Assembly: GCA_965226795.1 (NCBI GenBank)
Contig: CBDDDZ010000005.1
Location: forward strand, 2,784,001 to 2,848,000
DNA length: 64,000 nt
Direction of reading: 5' to 3'
Source: Candidatus Latescibacterota bacterium
GTDB lineage: Bacteria; Latescibacterota; UBA2968; GCA-2709665
The stretch's first letter is position 1. Each line of letters starts with the position of its first letter. The position numbers and the translations under genes are program-made. Under the pieces are notes generated by a model. It was not told the DNA's origin, ran no database searches, and saw nothing but the letters and a program-made list of their open reading frames with translations. Shown piece after piece: positions 29,937 through 38,925 of this stretch.

Positions 29937-32156
29937 ATGTTTACCTTTCTGAAATTCTGGACAAGGGGATTGGCCTCGATTCGTCAGAAATCCGTAGCCT
30001 GCCTGCAGCGCAGGAAGAGCCAGCTTTACCGGATGTCTCGGCGGATCGGCGACGCCTCTTTAACCCAACTGCGACTGAACCCTGGAACGTTGGCATTCCG
30101 CTCACCTGTGCGGGCAAGATGCCCGCGCACCCGGGCTCAAAAGACAACACGCCATACCGTATCGACGCCCGGCGTCTTTGACAAATTTAGGTTGGTTTTC
30201 CTTGTGCTCGTCCCGCTCTGTCACAGTGGCATGGCTCTTGGATCGCCGCCGATTGACTACGTCAAGGAACGGCACCCTCCGAATCTGGAAGGCGTCCTGG
30301 CGCGTATTCAAAAGAACTGGGTAGCGCAAAAACGGGCGCTGGCCAAGGCGACAGTGAGCCAATATGGCGCGGCGGTAATAGATGGTGAAAATATCACTGT
30401 CGTATTGGAGCCGCCTTATGGGAAGCTTTCGGACAGTATCGACTTTGGGGCTTTGTCAAAGTTGAGCGTCAAGATCGTCGCTCAATCGCGGCATCTGGTC
30501 GAGGTTTCTGCGCCGATATCCGAGCTTGAAAGGTTGACACACGTGGATGGCGTGCAATTTGTGCGGTTGCCCATAAAGCCCAAATTACATGCCGTCGTCA
30601 GCGAGGGCGTGGATCGTATAAGAGCGCAAGTTTATTCAAATGAGGGATTTACGGGACGGGGCATCAAGGTCGGGGTTATTGATATCGGATTTGTCGGGGT
30701 TCCAACACTGCAGGATCGGAGGGAATTGCCCGATCTTTCTTATCGGGATTTCACCAGACAAGGGATTTTTGAACAAGGTGGTCTTTCTGAAACCGCTAAG
30801 GTGCATGGGACGGCCTGTGCTGAAATTGTCCACGACGTCGCCCCGGATGCTGAAATTTACCTTTACAAGGTAAACGGTCTTGTCAGTTGGGAAAACGCCA
30901 AGGACGCGGCAATTGAGGAGGGCCTCGACATTGTCACGGTATCTCTGGGATGGAGTCCCGGAACCGGTTTTGGCAATGGAAAAGGGCTTGCGTGTGGAAT
31001 TGTGGATGATGCATTCAAGAATAACGTATTGTGGGTGAATGCAGCTGGAAATGAAGCCCAAAAAGTCATTCAAGCAGAGTTTCAGGATTCAGATAACGAC
31101 GGATTCCATGATTTCAGTTTAGACATTGAAGTCGTCAACTTGAAAGGCGTCGGGAAAAATAATGAAGTCGAAGCCTGGTTGACATGGAATGAATGGCCCC
31201 TTACGTCAAACGACTACGACCTTCTGCTCGTAAAAATCGATACAGATGGCAGTGTTACTGAAGTTGAGCGTGCAGACACCAAACAACTTCAGTCACCTCC
31301 CAAAGAGCATCTCGTGTATACCGTTCGAGAAGTAGGAAACTATGGTCTTGTAATCTGGAGGGCGCCGGACGCCGAAGTTACCGTCTTCAAATTGACAAGT
31401 GAAAACCACGATCTCTATGGTCCTGTGTCCATTAAAGGGAGAGGATCATTAAGTGTACCGGCGGACGCACGCGGCGCCCTGACCGTTGGAGCATTACATC
31501 ATTGGGAATGGACGTCAGGTCCCATCGCGGACTATAGTTCGCAGGGTCCTACAATTGATGGCCGAATCAAGCCGGACCTGGTTGCCCCCGCTGGCGTTCG
31601 AACCATAAGCTATGGTTCTGAATACCGTGGAACTTCCGCGGCGACGCCGCACGTTGCAGGGGCGGCGGCACTCCTGAAATCCTCCGATCCGGTGCATTAT
31701 AACGCGCGAAATTTATATAGCGCGCTGGTGCAATCTACGGTCGATATGGGTGCTTCCGGACCGGATAACGTGTATGGATTTGGAAGATTGGATTTATCTT
31801 TACTTCCCTTCGGCAAACCCTCCATGGATCTTTCGCGTACGGTTCTCGATTTTGGTGCGGTCCTATTGGGGTCATCTAAGACACTTAACCTTGGGATTGT
31901 CAATCCGGGGCGGGCGACATTGGTTATCACAGATATTCTGTTGCCTACCAGCGAATATGACTTTTCTCAATCCTCCTACGCCGTTGCACCGGGTCGCAGC
32001 GAACAGATATCTGTCAAATCCGACTTTTTCTCCGCAAAGTGTGTTGTCGGTTGGGAGACAAATCCGGCGAATTATGACCATTTTCCAAAGCAAGGTTGTC
32101 TACCGTTACCGCTACTGAAAAAGGCGAGAAGCTACAGGAATTGGGGCGGTTATTGA
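29937..32156 (+). CDS. S8 subtilisin-like serine peptidase, N-terminal part of a disrupted gene (true start probably ~30170-30231)
   Basis: GIKVGVIDIG (Asp), HGTACAE (His), NAAGN, IKPDLVAP, GTSAATPHVAGAAAL (Ser); an ASH/Ig-like domain follows and degenerates after ~32017. Confidence 0.85.
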   Translation: MFTFLKFWTRGLASIRQKSVACLQRRKSQLYRMSRRIGDASLTQLRLNPGTLAFRSPVRARCPRTRAQKTTRHTVSTPGVFDKFRLVFLVLVPLCHSGMALGSPPIDYVKERHPPNLEGVLARIQKNWVAQKRALAKATVSQYGAAVIDGENITVVLEPPYGKLSDSIDFGALSKLSVKIVAQSRHLVEVSAPISELERLTHVDGVQFVRLPIKPKLHAVVSEGVDRIRAQVYSNEGFTGRGIKVGVIDIGFVGVPTLQDRRELPDLSYRDFTRQGIFEQGGLSETAKVHGTACAEIVHDVAPDAEIYLYKVNGLVSWENAKDAAIEEGLDIVTVSLGWSPGTGFGNGKGLACGIVDDAFKNNVLWVNAAGNEAQKVIQAEFQDSDNDGFHDFSLDIEVVNLKGVGKNNEVEAWLTWNEWPLTSNDYDLLLVKIDTDGSVTEVERADTKQLQSPPKEHLVYTVREVGNYGLVIWRAPDAEVTVFKLTSENHDLYGPVSIKGRGSLSVPADARGALTVGALHHWEWTSGPIADYSSQGPTIDGRIKPDLVAPAGVRTISYGSEYRGTSAATPHVAGAAALLKSSDPVHYNARNLYSALVQSTVDMGASGPDNVYGFGRLDLSLLPFGKPSMDLSRTVLDFGAVLLGSSKTLNLGIVNPGRATLVITDILLPTSEYDFSQSSYAVAPGRSEQISVKSDFFSAKCVVGWETNPANYDHFPKQGCLPLPLLKKARSYRNWGGY
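30080..30135. repeat. REP-like palindromic repeat
   Basis: GCGGGCAAGATGCCCGCGCACCC hairpin; suggests the first ~80 codons of the 29937 ORF are non-coding. Confidence 0.45.
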
Positions 32157-32600
32157 TACAACTGTGGCGCTATGGTCTGATCGAGACCAATATACGGTTT
32201 TGTCTTCCCCCAGGTGCTACCCAAGCCGCCGAAAGCGATCGTCGTTGCAGTCTACGACAACCCCTTTGCATCCGGTTCCTGACCTATATCGGTCGATTCT
32301 TCGAAGCGGGATGGGGCCTATAATGATCAATCCAACGCCGATTTCGGGGATGTCGAGGTCGGCAGTACAAAGTCCATAACCGTCACGGTGGCACGAATAC
32401 TGGAGATCGACAGTTACCTCAATCCTTGCAACAATGTTGCAATTACAGCAAGACGCGCTATCGCGGAATTGTTCGTGGCCAGCGATGAGCAAATGAGTGT
32501 TTCGCCCAGCCCTCTACGTTAACGATTCCAGCAAGGCAAAACGGCTATTTTACGCTGCGACATTGGTTATATGAGCCAAACAGAGCGGGGGATCACAGAT
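32017..32600 (+). pseudogene. Frameshift-riddled middle of the S8 peptidase gene (ASH/choice-of-anchor-D-like Ig domains)
   Basis: Recognisable fragments in different frames: TFSPQSV, DFGDVEVGSTKSITVTV (32340), NTGD, SDEQMSVSP, STLTIPARQ (32513). Confidence 0.7.
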
Positions 32601-33307
32601 TGTCAGCGCGGGTGACCATTCACAGCAACGATTCCAAAACGCCATCCGTCAGTTTCCCCGTTGCCGGAAAGGGGTTTCGTTCCCAGACCACGTCCTTTAC
32701 ATTATCTCTTGTCGTCAATGCGCCAAAATGCGACCAGGGTGTGTATTCCACGCCTTCGGATGGCGTAATTGCCATTGAAATTCACGGGCAGAAGGTTAAG
32801 GATGCTATAGGATTTCGCGCCTTGTTTGATTTTGACGCGCCATCCTTGGTTTATGCGGGTTTCGATATTGGAAACGGCATTCCCAACGGTCACTCGCCAG
32901 GACCCTATTATCCCCCCGATTCTTCTTCAGTCGAAGTTATGGCAGCGTCATTTGGCGGAAAAATCGCAGAGCCGTCCGCGAAACTCGGCACGGTGCGCTT
33001 TGGCGTTTCCGATACTTTTCAGACAGGTCAAATAGGACTGCGATATGCGCGCATCAGGAGGTCTGGAAAATTTGAAGTATTCGCCGATCCAGTGGTCTTT
33101 AAGTTTTCAAAACAGGGTGGACGGACGCCCGACTTCGATGGCGACGGTACTGTCGGGTTTGGCGATTTTTTGCAGTTTGCCCAACAGTTCGGGCTCAGTC
33201 AAGGGGATGTAGGGTATGGCGCGCGGTATGATCTGGATGGTAACGGCACGATCGGATTCGGTGATTTTCTCATCTTTGCCAACGCCTTCGGCGCGTCGGG
33301 ATCGTAA
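32513..33307 (+). CDS. C-terminal fragment of the S8 peptidase: end of ASH domain, cohesin-like domain, duplicated EF-hand dockerin-like domain
   Basis: VTIHSND..P....V.GKG; F..FDAPSLVY.GF..G; PDFDGDGTVGFGDFLQFA..FG and YDLDGNGTIGFGDFLIFA..FG. Confidence 0.8.
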   Translation, partial: STLTIPARQNGYFTLRHWLYEPNRAGDHRLSARVTIHSNDSKTPSVSFPVAGKGFRSQTTSFTLSLVVNAPKCDQGVYSTPSDGVIAIEIHGQKVKDAIGFRALFDFDAPSLVYAGFDIGNGIPNGHSPGPYYPPDSSSVEVMAASFGGKIAEPSAKLGTVRFGVSDTFQTGQIGLRYARIRRSGKFEVFADPVVFKFSKQGGRTPDFDGDGTVGFGDFLQFAQQFGLSQGDVGYGARYDLDGNGTIGFGDFLIFANAFGASGS

Positions 33308-33342
33308 AGTTGAAACGGGGTCCCCACTTTGCACTGCGCCGG

Positions 33343-33460
33343 CCCTGTGCCTGTCGAATGGCAGCGGAACGCGCATTTCGACAGGCTTGCTTCGACAAGC
33401 TCAGCACAGGCAATGAACGCGCTTCGACAAGCTCAGCGACCACGTTTCGACAGGCTCAAC
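33343..33460. repeat. Cluster of TTCGACA(A/G)GCT(CAGC) REP-like repeats
   Basis: Direct copies at 33377, 33391, 33423 and 33446 plus an inverted copy at 33343-33358. Confidence 0.8.
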
Positions 33461-33611
33461 GAACACAACACAGGCAACGACCGTAGCGAAACCAACGGAC
33501 GTCATTGAACCGGGCTGGTCGTGTACTTCCCGTCCGCTTTGAATAGTCACATCAGGATATTTGTATCGTGCCGCGCCTGACGGCGGTATCGATCCGTTAT
33601 CTGAATTGCCC

Positions 33612-34883
33612 ATGTCCCAACGATCCGAAGGTCCCTCCGAAACCCCACCCCGATTTCACGGCGCCCTCGCGCCGCTGAATAACCCCGACTATCGCCGGCT
33701 GCTGGCCAGTAACGGCCTCTGGTGGCAGTTCATGTGGATGGAAATCATCGTGGCCGGCTGGCTGGTCCTGGAACTGACCAACTCGGCCTGGCAGGTGTCG
33801 CTTATCGGTTTCTACCGCATGGCCCCGCTGCTGTTGGTCGGCTTTGTATCCGGACCCCTCACGGACCGGTTCGGCCGCCGGAAGATTATTATCTTCTCCC
33901 AGGCCGTCAACCTTGCCGTATCTCTCCTGATCGCCCTGATTATCCTCGCCGACCGCCTGGCCGTTTGGCATCTGGCCGTCGGCGCACTGGTCATGGGTAC
34001 GACCTGGGCGGTGGATTGGACCGCCCGGAGGTCGTTGCTGCCGGACCTGGTCGGCAAAGCCCGAACCATGGACGCCATGCTCCTTGAAGGAATCTTCCAG
34101 AACATCGCCCGGGTTGCCGGGCCCTTTTCCAGCGGCGCCCTTTACGCAACCCTGGAACCCCTTGGCTGTTATCTGATTCTGACCGGGATCGCCCTGGCTT
34201 CTCTACTGATCCTTGTGCGGCTCTCGAGACAACCCGTTCTCGAAAGAACGCCGACGGACGCTTCCCACTGGACCCGGACGTTGGAAGGGCTGCGCTATAT
34301 CCGCCGCAATCCGTCGATTCTGGGTGTTGCTCTCATTACCATTGCGATGAACTTACTGGTCTTCCCCTACCAGACCCTGTTGCCGGTGTTTGCACGGGAT
34401 ATCCTGGATCAGGGCCCTGTCGGCTTCGGCGTGCTGGCTTCCGCCAACGGAGTCGGCGCGTTCGCCGGCCTCTGGATTGTGAGCAGGCTCCGCCGCTATG
34501 TCAGTATAAGCTGGCTCTACGCGGCCGGCTCGTTTCTGATGGCCACCGCCGTAGTTGCATTTTCAATGTCCGCCGACTTCTATCTTTCCTTGGGCCTTCT
34601 CATCCTGTCAGGCATCGGCCACGCGGCCTTCGGTCTTCTCCAAAGCACCATCGTCCTGCTCTCGGCACGGGACGACATGCGAGGTCGAGCCATGGGCGGC
34701 ATCGTGCTCGCTATCGGCACGGGTCCGCCGGGCCGCCTGAGCGCGGGCGCGCTGGCCGAACGCTTCGGCGCGCCTTTCGCCGTGGGGCTGACGTGCGCCA
34801 TCGCGGCCCTGTTCGTCGTTGCAATCACGCTCGCCATGTCGGGTTTCCGGAACGCCTCGGCAGCACGGGAGGCGAACGCGTGA
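33612..34883 (+). CDS. MFS transporter (MFS_3/EntS-like)
   Basis: ~12 hydrophobic segments; G.LTDRFGRRK, LLPVFARDIL, MRGRAMG. Confidence 0.9.
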   Translation: MSQRSEGPSETPPRFHGALAPLNNPDYRRLLASNGLWWQFMWMEIIVAGWLVLELTNSAWQVSLIGFYRMAPLLLVGFVSGPLTDRFGRRKIIIFSQAVNLAVSLLIALIILADRLAVWHLAVGALVMGTTWAVDWTARRSLLPDLVGKARTMDAMLLEGIFQNIARVAGPFSSGALYATLEPLGCYLILTGIALASLLILVRLSRQPVLERTPTDASHWTRTLEGLRYIRRNPSILGVALITIAMNLLVFPYQTLLPVFARDILDQGPVGFGVLASANGVGAFAGLWIVSRLRRYVSISWLYAAGSFLMATAVVAFSMSADFYLSLGLLILSGIGHAAFGLLQSTIVLLSARDDMRGRAMGGIVLAIGTGPPGRLSAGALAERFGAPFAVGLTCAIAALFVVAITLAMSGFRNASAAREANA

Positions 34884-34964
34884 GAAAACCGTCCCAAAGG
34901 GTCGGTATCTCCACCATCCATCTTATTTTCAGAATGTTCTGTTTGCATTGCCGCGAAACTGAAT

Positions 34965-35948
34965 CTACAGAATTCGTTCGATCGCCTCCTTCAGTGACAC
35001 CTCCAGCCTCGGGCCGTACTGCGCCACCACGCACATCGACGCGTAGTTCGCCAGTTTTGCGGACCGGACCGCGTCGAACCCGTGGGTGATCCCGAACAGA
35101 TAGGCCCCGGCGAACATATCCCCCGCGCCGTTGGTATCCACCGCGTCCACGCTGAATCCCTGCGAGCGGAACCGTTCGCCTCCGTCCCACACAATGGCGC
35201 CATTGGCCCCGCATGTCACCGCGTATGCGCCCACCATCGATTCCAGAGCGGTGCAGACTTCGTCGGTTTCGTCTGATCCCGTGAACGACCTGGCTTCGTC
35301 TTCATTGCAAAACAGCATATCCACCCCGCCGACCACGAGCGCCCGCATCCGTTCCCCGAACGCGCCCACAATGAGCGGATCGCTCAGCGACAGCGACACC
35401 CGGGTTCCCCGCGCTTGTGCGTTGACCTGGGCGGCCTGCGCCGCGGCGAACCCCTCATCGGACGCCGCCAGATACCCTTCAATATACAGATAGTCACTTC
35501 GGCCGATCACCTCGGGCTCGAGTTGCTCCGCGCCGAACGTTCCGGTAATGCCCAGATACGTATTCATCGTGCGATCGGCGTCGGCCGTGATCATGACCAG
35601 GCACTTGCCCGTAATTCCCTCACCCTGAAATCCGTTGGAAGCCACTCCGGCCGCCGCCAGATCCCTCAGATAAAAGTTCCCGAACGGGTCTTTCGCCACC
35701 TTGCATGCATAGTAAGCGCTTCCGCCCAGATTCGCCACGCCGATCATCGTATTAGCAGCCGACCCGCCCGACGAACGCTTCAGAACGTCATCGCCCAGGC
35801 GTTCAAGCAATTCGTGATGCCGGTCCTCGCCGATCAATGTCATCACGCCCTTCTCGATACCAGCCGCCGCGAGAAAGTCGGACGTTACACGATACTGAAT
35901 ATCCACCAGCGCATTGCCGATGCCGTACACATTATAGGCCCTGCCCAT
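34965..35948 (-). CDS. PfkB-family kinase (adenosine kinase-like)
   Basis: GIGNALVDI, GGSAANT, DRTMNTYLG, FCNEDEA, DTNGAGDMFAGA. Confidence 0.9.
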   Translation of the reverse strand: MGRAYNVYGIGNALVDIQYRVTSDFLAAAGIEKGVMTLIGEDRHHELLERLGDDVLKRSSGGSAANTMIGVANLGGSAYYACKVAKDPFGNFYLRDLAAAGVASNGFQGEGITGKCLVMITADADRTMNTYLGITGTFGAEQLEPEVIGRSDYLYIEGYLAASDEGFAAAQAAQVNAQARGTRVSLSLSDPLIVGAFGERMRALVVGGVDMLFCNEDEARSFTGSDETDEVCTALESMVGAYAVTCGANGAIVWDGGERFRSQGFSVDAVDTNGAGDMFAGAYLFGITHGFDAVRSAKLANYASMCVVAQYGPRLEVSLKEAIERIL

Positions 35949-36126
35949 ACGCGCTCCTTGCATAATCGGTTGAATTTCTTATCATAATGCCATTCACAGA
36001 GTAGCTCTACACACCAGGCCGGTCAAGTGTCCCGTCCCAGAAATATGTCACCATTCTTCCGCCTGCCTCGCATGCTTCAGCAGGCAGGCCGATTCATCCC
36101 GTCTCGCGGCGTTGCTTGCGCTGCTT

Positions 36127-36199
36127 GTGCTGAGCCCGTCGAAGCAAGCTTGTCGAAGTGTTTACACTGCTTGTGCTGCCAGCGTTGAGCTTGTTGAAG
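36127..36199. repeat. Inverted copies of the TTCGACAAGCTCAGC repeat
   Basis: GTGCTGAGCCCGTCGAAGCAAGCTTGTCGAAG is a near-exact reverse complement of the compound unit at 33376-33407. Confidence 0.75.
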
Positions 36200-36237
36200 C
36201 AACCGCGTCTCGCCACCCCCAAACGTCCCCTATTCCC

Positions 36238-36447
36238 TTGCCCTTTTTCTTGCATCGCCCAAGAAAAAGGGCGATGCAAGAAGGGCGCCGCTCGGCGCGG
36301 GGCCGGTTTTTCCGCGAATTACTCCAGTCGCGGTTACGTACACATCCGTCCTGCGCACGCGTAAGCATGCTTCGTGCAATGGCGCTAAACGGAATAGCGC
36401 GGAAAAACCCCCCACACCACCGGCTGCACGATGGGAGAATTGCAATT
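36238..36447. repeat. Structured intergenic repeat, copy A
   Basis: Alignable over ~200 bp with 62560-62799. Confidence 0.8.
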
Positions 36448-36757
36448 CGATGATGATGTTTAACGTTAAAGCGCCCAGAACCAATCTCCACCCGCGTAGC
36501 GGTTGACCTGTTGCGGGAGTTATGCGGAACAACAGGGGACGCATGGTTATAGGCGTTCGAGGTAGATGGTGAGCGGCACGTCTCACGCTTCGCCCGTTAT
36601 GGTCCCACCTCTTCACGGCGCTGACGCCAACTGATTGAGTTTTTGATTCAAGCTGACCGCTTATTACTGATAGCTGTTTTTGCTGCTTCTGGTCGGCCGA
36701 ATTTCGGCAATCTAATTCCGGGACAGAACACTACCGATAATTACAAAGGATTAGGAT

Positions 36758-37559
36758 TTGAGCACAACCATTACCTGCAACGTGCGGGAACAAGCCATCC
36801 TCATTGACGTTGAAACCGATGGCGAAAACGAAGGTTCGCGCAACCACGAACTCTGGCGGGCGAATACCTTCAATGAGAAAGAGCCCGATACGCTGGACTG
36901 GATCGACACCTGCTTCCGACCCGGAGAAACGATTTACGACATCGGCGCGAATATCGGCCAATACGCTCTTTACGCGGCACGTAAACTGAAGGGGCGGGCT
37001 CCGATCCTCGCCTTTGAACCGGAAGCCCTGAATCAGGCCAAACTGAACAAAAACATCCTGCTAAACGACCTGGGCGAGGTTGTCACCGCCTATCCCATCG
37101 CCGTATCGGATCGCACGGCAATTCAACACTTCAAGCAGGGATCGCACGGCAATTCAACACTTCTACTCCAAAACCTTCGCCCCGGGGGCCGCGCTCCATG
37201 CGCTGGGCGAACCGGTTACGCAGGGCGCCGTGCCTTTCGCGCCCCAGAACCGCCAGGGGACGATGGCCGTGTCGCTGGACGACCTCACCGGTCGATTCGG
37301 CCTGCCGTTTCCCAACCACGTGAAAATCGACGTCGACGGCATCGAGGACAAGATCGTCGCCGGCGCATCCCGAACCCTTGAAGATCCCAGATTGAAGACT
37401 GTGCTTATCGAAGTTTACATGTTCGAAGACATGGCCCGAAAAATCGAAGCCGCCTTTTTCAGTCGCGGCTTCTCGCTGGCCAACGCCGGACCCGTCGACT
37501 ACACGGAAGGCATCGTTCAGAATCTGATCTTCAAGCGAGGGCCGAACCCATCACTGTGA
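36758..37559 (+). pseudogene. FkbM family methyltransferase, frameshifted by an internal duplication
   Basis: YDIGANIGQY and AFEP in frame 1; PNHVKIDVDGIE in frame 2; 25-bp direct repeat at 37108-37132 / 37139-37163 adds 31 nt. Confidence 0.85.
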
Positions 37560-37573
37560 ATTGAGACGATACC

Positions 37574-38848
37574 ATGTCCGTTTTCGAGAAAGACGATCTG
37601 GAACGCCGGCGACGGTGTGCTTCCCGAGCCCTCGGAGGCGACCCGCCGATCGTGCTCTTCGGCGCGGGAACTCCCGTTCCCAAACCCGGCGGGCAGGACC
37701 AGACCTATCCCTTCATTCCCTATCCCGAATACTACTGGCTCACCGGTTCCAGACGCTGGGGCGGCGTGCTTGCCTACGATCCGCAGGATGGCTGGAAACA
37801 CTTCGTGCGTCCGGTTTCACAGAACGAACGGCTGTGGGAAGGCGGCGGCGAAAAGGTCGAAGGCGAGGACGTCGCCGAACTCCCGGGCTGGCTGGAACAA
37901 CGCTCAGGCCGTCCTGTCGCGGTCATTGGCGCAGCGGTGGACAATGTCGACGGCGATCTTCAACGGGCAGCGACGCTTCAGGTCTCCCTTGACCAAGTCC
38001 GCCGCCGAAAGGACGATGCAGAAATCGAATTGATCGAACGCGCGGCCGCGGCAACCGCCGCCGGCCACGCGAAAGCCCGCGAATCCATCCGTCCAGGCGT
38101 CAGCGAACGCCGCGTCCGCGTTGAACTCGAAGCCGAAATGTTCCGGTACGGCGCCGACGACGTGGCCTTCGACACCATCGTCGGCGCAGGAACCCACGCG
38201 GCCGTGCTTCACTTCGAACCCGGCGCCCGGATTGTGGAACCAAACGACCTGGTACTCATCGACGCCGGCGCATCCATTGCCGGATATGCGGCCGACGTCA
38301 CGCGCACCTATTCCGCCGGAGACCGTTTCACGCCCAGACAGCAGGCTATTTACGACCTTGTCCTTGCAGCTCAACTGGAGGCCATCTCCACGTGTCGGAA
38401 AGGCGTCGAGTGGCACGAAGTACATCGCGCCGCGGCGGGCGTCATTGCTCTGGGGCTTCGGGACCTGGGCGTACTCAGAGGGAAACCGGACGACGTCCTC
38501 GAGAGCGGCGCCATTTCGCTCTTCCTGCCCCACGGCGTCGGCCACATGGTCGGCCTTGGCGTCCGGGACGTGGGCGGCAGGGCGGCCGGACGCGAGGTCG
38601 GCGTTTATTGCGGTATCCGGATGCGCGTAGACCTGCCCCTGGAGGAGAAATTCCTGATGACCGTCGAGCCCGGAATTTACTTCGTGCCTGCTTTGCTCGA
38701 CGACGCCGAACGACGCGAACGCTTTGCCGGAATGGTGAACTGGGACGCACTGGAGGCATGGCGGGCCGTCGGCGGCGTCCGCATTGAGGACAACGTGCTC
38801 ATCACCACCGCGGAACCCCGTATTCTGACGTCCGAGATCCCTAAGTGA
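37574..38848 (+). CDS. Xaa-Pro aminopeptidase (M24B, aminopeptidase P family)
   Basis: LIDAGA...YAADVTRT, PHGVGHMVGL.VRD, TVEPGIYF, GGVRIEDNV. Confidence 0.9.
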   Translation: MSVFEKDDLERRRRCASRALGGDPPIVLFGAGTPVPKPGGQDQTYPFIPYPEYYWLTGSRRWGGVLAYDPQDGWKHFVRPVSQNERLWEGGGEKVEGEDVAELPGWLEQRSGRPVAVIGAAVDNVDGDLQRAATLQVSLDQVRRRKDDAEIELIERAAAATAAGHAKARESIRPGVSERRVRVELEAEMFRYGADDVAFDTIVGAGTHAAVLHFEPGARIVEPNDLVLIDAGASIAGYAADVTRTYSAGDRFTPRQQAIYDLVLAAQLEAISTCRKGVEWHEVHRAAAGVIALGLRDLGVLRGKPDDVLESGAISLFLPHGVGHMVGLGVRDVGGRAAGREVGVYCGIRMRVDLPLEEKFLMTVEPGIYFVPALLDDAERRERFAGMVNWDALEAWRAVGGVRIEDNVLITTAEPRILTSEIPK

Positions 38849-38925
38849 TCCCGGTGGACACACGGGATGGGCAGGATCGAAGACCGGCACCCCCCAGAGC
38901 AGCTTGCACGAGGATCGAATAGATC

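Larger units (their letters stand above)
36025..36733. mobile_element. Composite non-coding MITE-like element carrying nested repeats
   Basis: Ends AAGTGTCCCGTCCCAGAAATA and (reverse complement) TAGTGTTCTGTCCCGGAATTA match 16/21; same ends as 17230-17341; no transposase ORF. Confidence 0.55.

Noticed and set aside
33377..33460. Short direct repeats as a mini-CRISPR array
   Set aside because: Repeats are only 11-15 bp, spacers are 3-17 bp and irregular, inverted copies exist, and no cas genes are present
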